Positions 17,536 through 25,894 of a stretch of DNA of 64,000 bases are shown piece after piece. Each line of letters starts with the position of its first letter. Position 1 is the first letter of the stretch. The DNA comes from Candidatus Limnocylindrales bacterium (GTDB taxonomy: Bacteria; Chloroflexota; Limnocylindria; Limnocylindrales; CSP1-4). The notes under the pieces were generated by a model. That model saw nothing but the letters and a program-made list of their open reading frames with translations, made no database searches and had not been told where the DNA came from. The position numbers and the translations under genes were made by a program. The stretch spans positions 11,758 through 75,757 of the forward strand of contig DASSHB010000134.1 of the NCBI GenBank assembly GCA_035693125.1, given 5' to 3'.

Positions 17536-20500
17536 CCCAGGGACAGATCCACCAGGCCGGGGCCGAGCCGTCGACGGACCTCCGACAGGAGCTCCGCGTC
17601 GTAGGCAACCCCACGGCTCAGCTCCATCGGCAGCGTCGCGGAGCTGCTCGGCGAGGGGACGTGGAGGACGACCCGGGTTCCACCCGGCCGCTCGCGCAGG
17701 ACCTCGCGGAACGCTTCCATCGCGAGGACCAGGCGATCGGCGCTCGCGCCACCGAACCGGACGTGGAGCACCTGGTCGGGCTGGCTCTCGAGCTGGGGCG
17801 TGGGAGCCGCCGCCGCGACGGCGACCCGCGACCGCGCCTCGTCGGGGAGCGCGGGCTCGTCGGATCCCTCGGCGCCGTCGCCGGTGGGCGCGAGACCGGC
17901 CGGCTCGTCGTAGGTCGGGATCGGCTCGGCCGGCGCGATCCGCGGCAGGCCGGCAGACGGCGCGGCTGCGGAGGAGATCGCCGGGGTCGTGGCGGCATCG
18001 GCGCGGAGCGGCGACACCCGCGGGACGCCGGGCCGGATCTCGTCGGAGCGCGGGGCCGGCCCCGGACCCACGGCGATTGGCTCAGGGGGCGCACCGGGCG
18101 GCGGCGCCATGACCGCGACCGGCGAGCCCATCGCCGCGGCCGGCGACGGGACGGGCTGGCCGGGGCGGGACCACCCGCCGCCGGTCCCGTTCGACCCGTT
18201 GCCACTCGGAGGTCCCGGACGCCGTCCTCGGCCGCGATCTCCGGCCGCGACCTCGCGCGCGAACGCCTCCGGTCCCCGCGCCACGGCCGCGTCCCAGTCC
18301 GTGACCAGGTCGGCGAGGAGCGAGACGTCGTCGCCACGATGGTCGACCCGGCCGGCGACCAGGAGGATCGACCCCTCGGCCCAGATCCCGGCGGTCTGCT
18401 CGTACATCTTCGGGAAGACGACGACCTCGATCGAACCCTGGAGGTCCTCGAGCGTCGCGACACCCATCGTCGACTGGGTCTTCGTGATGACGGTCCGAAA
18501 GCCGGTGACGATCGCCCCGACGACGACGCGCTGGCCGTCGAGCGATTCGTCCTTCAGGTCACCGCTGTAGGCCGTGACGAACGCGCCGACCTGCTCGGCG
18601 ACCTCGCCCATGGGGTGCTCGGACAGGTACAGACCCAGGAGCTCCTTCTCCCAGCGGAGACGCTCGCGGACCGGGACTTCCGTCGCCTGCGGAAGGGGCC
18701 GCTCCAGGACGCTCAGATCATCCATCGCCAGGTCGAACAGTGACGTCTGGCCGCTGATCCGGTCGCGCGACGCCGCCTGCCCGGCGTTGATCGCGTCGTC
18801 GAGGCCGAGCAGGACCTGGGCGGGATGGCCCAGCTCGTTGAGCGCGCCGACCTTGGCCAGCGCCTCGAGCACCTTCCGGTTCACGAGCCGCAGGTCGATC
18901 CGCGAGCAGAGGTCCGTCAACGACTTGAACGAGCCGCCCTCGCGCCGCGCGGCGACGATCGACTCGATCGCGCTCTGGCCGACGTTCTTCACCGCGAGGA
19001 GGCCGAACCGGATCGCCGGACCCTCGACCGTGAATTCCACGTCGGAGCGGTGGACGTCCGGCGGCAGGACCTCGATTCCCATCCGGCGGCACTCGGCGAC
19101 CGCCGCCGCGACCTTCTCCTCGTTCGAGCGGAACGCGGTGAGGACCGCGGTCATGTACTCGACCGTGTAGTTCGCCTTCAGGTACGCGGTCTGGTAGGCG
19201 ATCAACCCGTAGCAGGTCGCGTGGGCCTTGTTGAACCCGTAGCGCTCGAACGGCTCGAACGCCTTGAACACGGCGTCGATCACGTCCGGCCGCACGCCAC
19301 GCTCGGCGGCCTGGCTGACGAACTTCTCCTTCTGGGCCCGCAACACCGAGGACTTCTTCTTGCGGATCGCGTAGCCGAGCGTGTCCGCCTCCGGGCCGGT
19401 GAAGCCGCCGAGGGCCACGGCGGCGGACATGATGTCCTCCTGGTAGACGAAGATCCCGTAGGTCTTCTCGAGGTACGGCTCCAGGAGGGGATGGAGGTAG
19501 GTGACGGCCTCGTGGCCGTGCTTCCTCCGGATGTAGGCCGGGATGTTGTCCATCGGTCCGGGCCGGAACAGGGCGACCATCGCCGCGAGGTCGTAGACGG
19601 ACGTCGGCTTCAGCTCGCGGATGTAGCGGCGCATCCCGGCGGACTCGAGCTGGAAGATGCCGGTCGTCTCGCCCGAGGCGAGGAGCTCGAACGTCTTCGC
19701 GTCGTCGAGCGGGATCCGGTCGAGGTCGATCACCTCGCCGCGCTCCTGCTTCACGAGGTCCACCGCGTGGCGCAGGATCGTCAGGTTCGACAGGCCCAGG
19801 AAGTCGAACTTCAGGAGGCCCAACGCCTCGATCCCGTGCATCTCGTACTGGGACATCAGCGCGTCCGAGTTCGTCGCCTTCTGGAGCGGCATCAGCTCGG
19901 TCAGGGGCTCGCGCGAGATCACGACGCCGGCCGCATGGGTCGAGGCGTTGCGGGCGACGCCTTCGAGCTGGCGGGCGAAGTCGATCACCCGCTTGACGGC
20001 CGGATCGGCGTCGACCTGGCCCTTGAGGTCGGGCGAGATCTGGAGCGCCTCGTCGAGCTTGATCCCGAGCTGATTGGGGACCGCCTTCGCGATCCGGTCG
20101 ACCTCGCCGTAGCTGTGGCCCAGGACCCGGCCGACGTCGCGGATCGCGGCCCGGGCGAGCATCGTGCCGAACGTGATGATCTGGGCGACGTGGTCGCTCC
20201 CGTACTTGCGCGAGACGTAGTTGATGACCTCGTCCCGGCGCTCGTCCTCGAAGTCGACGTCGATGTCGGGCATCGTCACGCGGTCCGGGTTGAGGAACCG
20301 CTCGAACGGCAGTCCGTAGGCGATGGGGTCGACCGGCGTGATCCCGAGCGTGTACGTCACGATCGAGCCCGGGGCGCTGCCACGGCAGGTCGTCTGGATC
20401 CGCTGCTCGCGGGCGAACCGGACGAAGTCGGCCACGATCAGGAAGTAGCCGGCGTAGCCCATGGACAGGATCACGCCCAGCTCGTAGTCGAGCCGCTGCT

Positions 20501-21467
20501 GGAGCTCGGGCGTCACGCTCGCGTAGCGCTCGCGGAGCCCGTTCTCGCACTCCTTGCGGAGCCACGTCTCGACCGTCTCGCCGTCGGGCACCGGGAAGTG
20601 CGGGATCCGGAGCTGGCCGAGGGGCAGCTCCAGGTCGGTCATCTCGGCGATCAGGCGCGTGTTCCGGATCGCCTCGGGCTGGTCGGGGAACAGGCCCGCC
20701 ATCGCCGATGCCGGCTTCAGCCAGAACTCGCGCCCTTCGAACTTCATCCGGCTCGGCGTGTCGAGGTTGTTGCCGGTGCCGATGCACAGGAGGACGTCCT
20801 GGGCGTCGGCCTGCGCCTCGTGGACGTAATGGAGATCGTTCGTGACGACGAGCGGGACGCCGGTCTCCGGGGCCAGGCGGAGGAGCTTCTCGTTGAGGCC
20901 CCGCTGCTCGGCCATCCCGTGGTCCTGCAACTCGAGGAAGAAGTTGCCGGGGCCCAGGATGTCGCGGTACTCGCCGGCCAGGCGCCGGGCGGAATCCCAG
21001 TCCTCGATCTCCAACGCCCGCGGGATCTCGCCGCCGAGGCAGGCGGACAGGCCAACAAGGCCTTCGCTGTACCGGGCGAGGTGCTCGCGGTCGATCCGCG
21101 GCTTGTAGTAGTAGCCGTCGACGTGGGCGTCGGTGACGAGCCGGCAGAGGTTGCGATAGCCGGTGTAGTCCTTGGCCAGCAGGATCAGGTGGAAGGGCTG
21201 GGCGTCGGCCTTGCCCTCCTTCTCGGTCATCGACCGCCGGGCGACATACGTCTCGACGCCGATGATCGGCTTGATCCCCTTCGTCCTGGCCGCCTGGTAG
21301 AAGGCGACCGCGCCGTAGAGGGCCCCGTGATCGGTCAGCGCGAGGCTGTCGAATCCCTGCGCGGCGGCCGAATCCACGAGGTCCGTGATCCGTCCCAGCC
21401 CGTCGAGAAGGCTGAACTCGGAGTGGACGTGGAGGTGGGTGAAATCGTTCGGCGCCAGGGTCGTCAA
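17532..21467 (-). CDS. dnaE: DNA polymerase III alpha subunit (1311 aa, with low-complexity insertion near the C-terminus)
   Basis: PHP domain FTHLHVHSEFSLLDG. Palm, fingers and OB-fold regions are recognisable throughout. TTG start with no obvious SD. Confidence 0.95.
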   Translation of the reverse strand: MTTLAPNDFTHLHVHSEFSLLDGLGRITDLVDSAAAQGFDSLALTDHGALYGAVAFYQAARTKGIKPIIGVETYVARRSMTEKEGKADAQPFHLILLAKDYTGYRNLCRLVTDAHVDGYYYKPRIDREHLARYSEGLVGLSACLGGEIPRALEIEDWDSARRLAGEYRDILGPGNFFLELQDHGMAEQRGLNEKLLRLAPETGVPLVVTNDLHYVHEAQADAQDVLLCIGTGNNLDTPSRMKFEGREFWLKPASAMAGLFPDQPEAIRNTRLIAEMTDLELPLGQLRIPHFPVPDGETVETWLRKECENGLRERYASVTPELQQRLDYELGVILSMGYAGYFLIVADFVRFAREQRIQTTCRGSAPGSIVTYTLGITPVDPIAYGLPFERFLNPDRVTMPDIDVDFEDERRDEVINYVSRKYGSDHVAQIITFGTMLARAAIRDVGRVLGHSYGEVDRIAKAVPNQLGIKLDEALQISPDLKGQVDADPAVKRVIDFARQLEGVARNASTHAAGVVISREPLTELMPLQKATNSDALMSQYEMHGIEALGLLKFDFLGLSNLTILRHAVDLVKQERGEVIDLDRIPLDDAKTFELLASGETTGIFQLESAGMRRYIRELKPTSVYDLAAMVALFRPGPMDNIPAYIRRKHGHEAVTYLHPLLEPYLEKTYGIFVYQEDIMSAAVALGGFTGPEADTLGYAIRKKKSSVLRAQKEKFVSQAAERGVRPDVIDAVFKAFEPFERYGFNKAHATCYGLIAYQTAYLKANYTVEYMTAVLTAFRSNEEKVAAAVAECRRMGIEVLPPDVHRSDVEFTVEGPAIRFGLLAVKNVGQSAIESIVAARREGGSFKSLTDLCSRIDLRLVNRKVLEALAKVGALNELGHPAQVLLGLDDAINAGQAASRDRISGQTSLFDLAMDDLSVLERPLPQATEVPVRERLRWEKELLGLYLSEHPMGEVAEQVGAFVTAYSGDLKDESLDGQRVVVGAIVTGFRTVITKTQSTMGVATLEDLQGSIEVVVFPKMYEQTAGIWAEGSILLVAGRVDHRGDDVSLLADLVTDWDAAVARGPEAFAREVAAGDRGRGRRPGPPSGNGSNGTGGGWSRPGQPVPSPAAAMGSPVAVMAPPPGAPPEPIAVGPGPAPRSDEIRPGVPRVSPLRADAATTPAISSAAAPSAGLPRIAPAEPIPTYDEPAGLAPTGDGAEGSDEPALPDEARSRVAVAAAAPTPQLESQPDQVLHVRFGGASADRLVLAMEAFREVLRERPGGTRVVLHVPSPSSSATLPMELSRGVAYDAELLSEVRRRLGPGLVDLSLG

Positions 21468-21560
21468 GGAGGGTCAAGGATATCGCCCAAGACGGGCTCC
21501 GGGCGCGCTGCGAGCCGGTGCCACCGGCTTGTCGGGCAGCCGACTATCGTCTGGTCCGTG

Positions 21561-21947
21561 ATGCCGTCCCCGCCGTCCGAGCCCGTCGACGTCGACGCCG
21601 TGATCGCCGGCGTCCTGGAGCGGCTGCCGAGCCCGTTCCGCGACCGGCTCGGCTCCGTCGCGATCGTCGTCGAAGACGAAGCGACACCCGAGCAGCTGGC
21701 CCGTCTCCGGGTGCGCGGCCTGTTCGGCCTGTACGAGGGGATTCCGCGCACCCGGTTCGGCGTCGACAACGCACCGGTCGCGAACAAGATCACCCTCTTC
21801 CTGGGCCCGCTGGCGCGTGCAAATCCGTCGCCGGAACGGTTCCGGGCGGCCCTCGAGGACACCCTCGTGCACGAGATCGCCCATCACTTCGGGATCGACG
21901 ACGCGCGGTTGCGGGAGCTGGCCGCCGAACGGCGTGGCCCGGCCTGA
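21561..21947 (+). CDS. Zincin-like metallopeptidase family protein (DUF1025/Zincin_1 type)
   Basis: HEIAHHFG zinc motif near the C-terminus in a ~128-aa protein. It is the only credible part of the 1040-aa track ORF 18825..21947, which is otherwise antisense to dnaE. Confidence 0.75.
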   Translation: MPSPPSEPVDVDAVIAGVLERLPSPFRDRLGSVAIVVEDEATPEQLARLRVRGLFGLYEGIPRTRFGVDNAPVANKITLFLGPLARANPSPERFRAALEDTLVHEIAHHFGIDDARLRELAAERRGPA

Positions 21948-22875
21948 GCGTCGCGCCTGGCAGGTGTCGCCGTCGCCGGCGGCCCTGGCCTGGGCGTCCA
22001 CGGCGGTCGGCCCCGGCGCCCGGGTTCGGGCGGTCAGGCGGCTGGGAGCGGGCATCGCCCAGGCGACGCATGCGCTGACGATCGACGATGCCGCGGGACG
22101 TCGACACCGCCTCGTCCTCCAGCGCTGGCTGCGACCGGGCTGGGAGGCCGACGACCCGGGGTTCGACCCGGCCAAGGAGGCGGCCGTCCTCGACGCGCTG
22201 GCCGGTGGGCCGGTCGCGATCCCGCGGATCGTGGCGGTCGATCCGAGCGGGGCCGCGAGCGGCGCTCCGGCCCTCCTGACCGAGCGGCTGCCGGGCCGCC
22301 CGCCCACCGATCGGCTCGTTCGCCGGCCGGCCGTCCTGGACGCTCTCGGTTCAACGCTCGCCGCGATCCACCGGCTCGGCGACGAGCGCGCGACTCCGGC
22401 GGTCCGGGCCGTGATCCCGGCCTACTACCCGTTCGGCGAGCTCGCGGACGCCGTCGTTCCTGCCGCGTCGGGACGGGCCGACCTCTGGCAGACGGCGCTC
22501 CGAATCGCCGCCGAGCCACCGCCGCCCGGTCGGCCGGCGACGCTCCTCCATCGCGACTACCACGCCGGGAACACGCTCTGGCTGGACGGTCGACTGACGG
22601 GAGTCGTCGACTGGTCGTCGGCGTCATGGGGACCGCCTGCAGCGGATCTCGCCCACCTTCGGGTCGAGCTGGCGACGGCGGTCTCGGTGGAGGCCGCCGT
22701 CCGGGTGCGGTCGGCCTACGCGGTTGCCGGGGGCGACCTGACGGACGCGCGGCATCACACGCTCCGGACGGTGTTCGACTACCTGTCCGACGCCGACCCT
22801 TCGCGGCTCGGGTCGACCGCCGTGCAGCGGCTGGACGCGTTCGTCGGCGTCGTCCTCGAGGAGCGGGATCCCTAG
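21934..22875 (+). CDS. Aminoglycoside-phosphotransferase-fold kinase family protein (start uncertain: 21934 or 21964)
   Basis: LLHRDYHAGNTLW (HxDxxxxN) and GVVDWSSASWGP (DxS/DFG-like) motifs. Confidence 0.7.
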   Translation: MARPERRAWQVSPSPAALAWASTAVGPGARVRAVRRLGAGIAQATHALTIDDAAGRRHRLVLQRWLRPGWEADDPGFDPAKEAAVLDALAGGPVAIPRIVAVDPSGAASGAPALLTERLPGRPPTDRLVRRPAVLDALGSTLAAIHRLGDERATPAVRAVIPAYYPFGELADAVVPAASGRADLWQTALRIAAEPPPPGRPATLLHRDYHAGNTLWLDGRLTGVVDWSSASWGPPAADLAHLRVELATAVSVEAAVRVRSAYAVAGGDLTDARHHTLRTVFDYLSDADPSRLGSTAVQRLDAFVGVVLEERDP

Positions 22876-23510
22876 CCGGTCGCGTCCGCCCCGGCGAGAC
22901 CGATCATCGCCGTCACCGCCGGCGCGATTCGCTCGACCCACAGCCGGTACTGCGCCCCGGACGGATGGAGCCCGTCGTCGGCGACCAGCGACCGGTCGGC
23001 GGCGGCGCGCAGCGACAGGTCGTGGATGTCGACCCAGGTGATCCCGCGGCTCATCGACGCGTCGCGGAGGATCGCGTTGTTGCGGCGGATCGCCGCCGAC
23101 TGGAGGCCCGGGTCGCCGTAGTCGGCGCCGCTCGGGGTCACCGTGTAGTCGGGCGTCGAGACGGTGACGATCCGATCGGGTCCCAGGCGCCCCAGGAGCT
23201 CGCCGAGGATCCGGTCCACATTGGCGGCATAGGTCGCCTCGGACACGCCCTGGACGACGTCGTTCACCCCGACGAGCAGGCTGACGAGATCTGGCCGGAG
23301 CGCGGCGAGCCGCGGCAGCTCGCGGGCGATCACGTCACCCGAGGTGAAGCCGTTGACGCCGAGGTTGGCGACGAGCCGGAGGCCCGGTGGACGGCCCGCC
23401 AGGGCTGCGACGAGCTGGCTCGGCCAGCGCTCCGACGGGTCGTCGAGGGCGGTCCCGATCGTGTAGCTGTCGCCGAGCGCGACGTAGCGCACGGCGCGAC
23501 GGCCGGCCAT
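22872..23510 (-). CDS. SGNH/GDSL hydrolase family protein
   Basis: Block I YVALGDSYT, block III VGVNDV and block V DDGLHPS. Confidence 0.8.
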   Translation of the reverse strand: MAGRRAVRYVALGDSYTIGTALDDPSERWPSQLVAALAGRPPGLRLVANLGVNGFTSGDVIARELPRLAALRPDLVSLLVGVNDVVQGVSEATYAANVDRILGELLGRLGPDRIVTVSTPDYTVTPSGADYGDPGLQSAAIRRNNAILRDASMSRGITWVDIHDLSLRAAADRSLVADDGLHPSGAQYRLWVERIAPAVTAMIGLAGADATG

Positions 23511-23519
23511 CGACGAGGC

Positions 23520-24350
23520 TCAGCCCGCGGCGGCGGCGAACGAGGCGAGGAGCTCGGCGAAGGCCGCCGGCCGTTCGAGGCTGAGCATGTGGCCGACCCC
23601 GGGCCAGACGACGATCCGGGCGTCCGGAGCGCCGGCCGCGATCCGCTCGGCGACCGCGAGAATCGCCGGATCGTCGTCCTCGCCGACGACGACGAGGACC
23701 GGACAGGTCAGCTCGCCCAGCCGTCCGGCGGCGGGCGGGATCAGCTCGTGCTCGGGCGCCTCGTCCGAGTCCCAGTCCGGCAGCTCGAAGGCCTCGCGCT
23801 GCATCCGGCCGATGAACGCCCGGAGGTCCGGATCGAGCGCGTCCGGCCGTCGCCGCGGTCCGTCCACCCAGGCCCGCAGGTTGATCTCGACCGCGGCGTC
23901 GAGGTCGCCTCGATCGAGCGCCTCGACCTCCGCCGCCCAGATCGGCCGGAACGACTCCGGGGCGCCGTCCAGCAGCGCGCCGCCCGGCGCGACGAGGGTC
24001 AGCGACGCGGCGAGGCCGGGCCGGGCGAGCGCGGCCTCGGCGGCGATCCCCGCCCCCATCGAGGCACCGACGAGGTGCGCCCGCGGGACGAGGAGCTCGT
24101 CGAGCAGCTCGAGGACGTCCGTGTGGTGCGACCATGGGCCGCTCGGCGGCAGCGACTCGCCGACGCCGCGCACGTCATGGCGGATCAGGCGATGGCGAGC
24201 CGCCAGGTCGTGGACGAGCGGCGCCCACATCCGGCGGTCCGCGACGCCGGCATGGACGAGCGCGATCGGAGGCCCGGAGCCCTCGTCGTCGAACGCGATG
24301 CCGGTCCGGGTCCGCCCGCCGGACGCCAGCTGGATCTGGTCGGCGCTCAT
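23520..24350 (-). CDS. Alpha/beta-fold hydrolase
   Basis: Nucleophile elbow GASMGAG, HG-like segment LVHAGVAD, and C-terminal His in PGVGHM. Confidence 0.8.
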   Translation of the reverse strand: MSADQIQLASGGRTRTGIAFDDEGSGPPIALVHAGVADRRMWAPLVHDLAARHRLIRHDVRGVGESLPPSGPWSHHTDVLELLDELLVPRAHLVGASMGAGIAAEAALARPGLAASLTLVAPGGALLDGAPESFRPIWAAEVEALDRGDLDAAVEINLRAWVDGPRRRPDALDPDLRAFIGRMQREAFELPDWDSDEAPEHELIPPAAGRLGELTCPVLVVVGEDDDPAILAVAERIAAGAPDARIVVWPGVGHMLSLERPAAFAELLASFAAAAG

Positions 24351-24450
24351 CCCGGGCAGTATGCACGCCGCCGTCCGCCGCCCTATTCTTGGCGTCTGGC
24401 GCCACCGTCGAGGGCGGCGGTCCGGACCTGCGTCCGGCCCTCCGCCGGGC

Positions 24451-24479
24451 TTGCCCGGCCGGACCCCCGTCGCTACGAT
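24451..24479 (+). promoter_or_regulatory. Candidate promoter of the nucleoside ABC operon (-35 TTGCCC, 17-nt spacer, -10 TACGAT)
   Basis: Hexamers read directly from the sequence. It would give a ~90-nt leader. The -10 flank is shared with the tRNA-Leu upstream region. Confidence 0.3.
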
Positions 24480-24574
24480 GCGCCGATGATCGCCCTGCGG
24501 GGCGAACGTTCATCGAGATCGTCACGGACCCTGGAGCATTCGGCCGGGCGGTTCTCGATCCTGGAGGAGGACAC

Positions 24575-25771
24575 ATGCACAAGCGCTCTGGCCTGAGCCT
24601 GTTCGGCGGGCTGGCCATCCTCGTCGCGGCGTGTTCGGGCGGGGCAACCCCGACCCCGTCCACCGCGTCGACCGCTCCCTCGACCCCGGCCTCGGCGCCT
24701 GCGTCGAGCGAGGCGTCCACGCCGGCGTCCAACCCGGCGTCCGCACCGGCGACGTCCGACCTGAAGATCGGTGTCGTCACCGACATCGGGACCCTGAACG
24801 ACAAGAACTACAACGAGTACTCGTTCAAGGGCGCCGAGGCCGGCGCGGCCGCGATCGGAGCCAAGGAGCCGACCTCGTTCGTCCCGACGAGCGCGTCGGA
24901 TTACGCGTCCGGCATCAAGTCGTTCACCGATCAGAAGTTCGACGTCATCATCACCGTCGGCTTCAACCTCGCCTCGGCGACGGTCCAGGCGGCGCATGAC
25001 AACCCGGACGTCTGGTTCATCGGCGTCGACCAGAGCCCGATCTGCGTGACCGCGGACGGCCTCCCCGACAGCAGCTTCGCCTGCGCAGGCGACGCGAAGA
25101 CCCTCCTGCCGAAGTACATCTCGATCAACTTCCAGGAGGACCAGGCGGGCTACCTCGCCGGGATCGTCGCTGCCGGCGCAAGCCAGAAGGGCACGATCGG
25201 CGCGATCGGCGGCACGAGCATCTGCGCGCCGTGCGTGCGCTACATCCAGGGCTACGAGCTCGGCGCGAAGTCGGTCAAGCCGGACATCAAGGTCGTCACC
25301 GCCTACGTCACGAACGACTTCAGCGCGAAGGCGTTCCAGGACCAGGCCGGCGGCAAGACGTTCGCCGACAACTTCCTCAAGCAGAACAAGGACGTCGACG
25401 TCCTGTTCCAGGTCGCCGGCCTGACGGGCAACGGGATCATCGACTCGGCCTGCGCCGCGAACATCCTCGGCATCGGCGTCGACGTCGATCAGTTCGTGTC
25501 GTATCCGGCCGGGGATCCGTGCCTCCTCACGAGCGCCGAGAAGCACCTCCAGCTGGCGGTGTCGGACGCGCTCAAGGCGGTCGCCGGCGGCAGCGCCACC
25601 CCCGGTGACGTGCTGTACGACGCCAAGAACGACGGCATCGGCGTCTCCCAGGGCCACAACCTTGGCAACAAGTGGGCGCCCGACACGCAGGCGAAGATCA
25701 ACGCTGCGCTTGCCGGCATGAAGGACGGGTCGCTCAAGACCTGCCCGGACAAGTGCGGCTCGCTGCAGTAG
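24575..25771 (+). CDS. BMP-family (PnrA-like) ABC transporter substrate-binding lipoprotein, probable nucleoside binding
   Basis: Lipoprotein signal MHKRSGLSLFGGLAILVAAC. BMP-like body (KIGVVTDIGTLNDKNYNE...). GGAGGAGG lies 5 nt before the ATG. The N-terminal 147 aa of the track ORF are rejected. Confidence 0.85.
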   Translation: MHKRSGLSLFGGLAILVAACSGGATPTPSTASTAPSTPASAPASSEASTPASNPASAPATSDLKIGVVTDIGTLNDKNYNEYSFKGAEAGAAAIGAKEPTSFVPTSASDYASGIKSFTDQKFDVIITVGFNLASATVQAAHDNPDVWFIGVDQSPICVTADGLPDSSFACAGDAKTLLPKYISINFQEDQAGYLAGIVAAGASQKGTIGAIGGTSICAPCVRYIQGYELGAKSVKPDIKVVTAYVTNDFSAKAFQDQAGGKTFADNFLKQNKDVDVLFQVAGLTGNGIIDSACAANILGIGVDVDQFVSYPAGDPCLLTSAEKHLQLAVSDALKAVAGGSATPGDVLYDAKNDGIGVSQGHNLGNKWAPDTQAKINAALAGMKDGSLKTCPDKCGSLQ

Positions 25772-25791
25772 TCCAACCCCCTCGACGCTCC

Positions 25792-25826
25792 AACGCGGAC
25801 CGGCCTCGCCGCCGGTCCGCGTTTCT
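25792..25826 (+). terminator. Intrinsic-terminator-like hairpin between the BMP gene and the ATPase gene
   Basis: Perfect 13-bp stem aacgcggaccggc / gccggtccgcgtt, 6-nt loop, followed by TTTCTGT. Confidence 0.6.
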
Positions 25827-25894
25827 GTACCCTGTGGGTACGGCGCATCCGGATCCCCAGCCCGGTCCGATCGCCCGCGGGAGGAGCTCCGATC

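Noticed and set aside
21468-21560. Direct repeat TCAAGGA-GGG-TCAAGGA upstream of dnaE as a DnaA-box or regulatory repeat.
   Set aside because: The repeat is only 7 nt, with two copies, and does not resemble TTATCCACA. It overlaps the TTG start region and is probably coincidental.
24351-24574. Riboswitch (purine, c-di-AMP or PRPP type) in front of the nucleoside ABC operon.
   Set aside because: I could not match the conserved cores of the riboswitch classes I remember. Only a generic hairpin is visible. It is kept as a low-interest leader finding that needs an Rfam scan.
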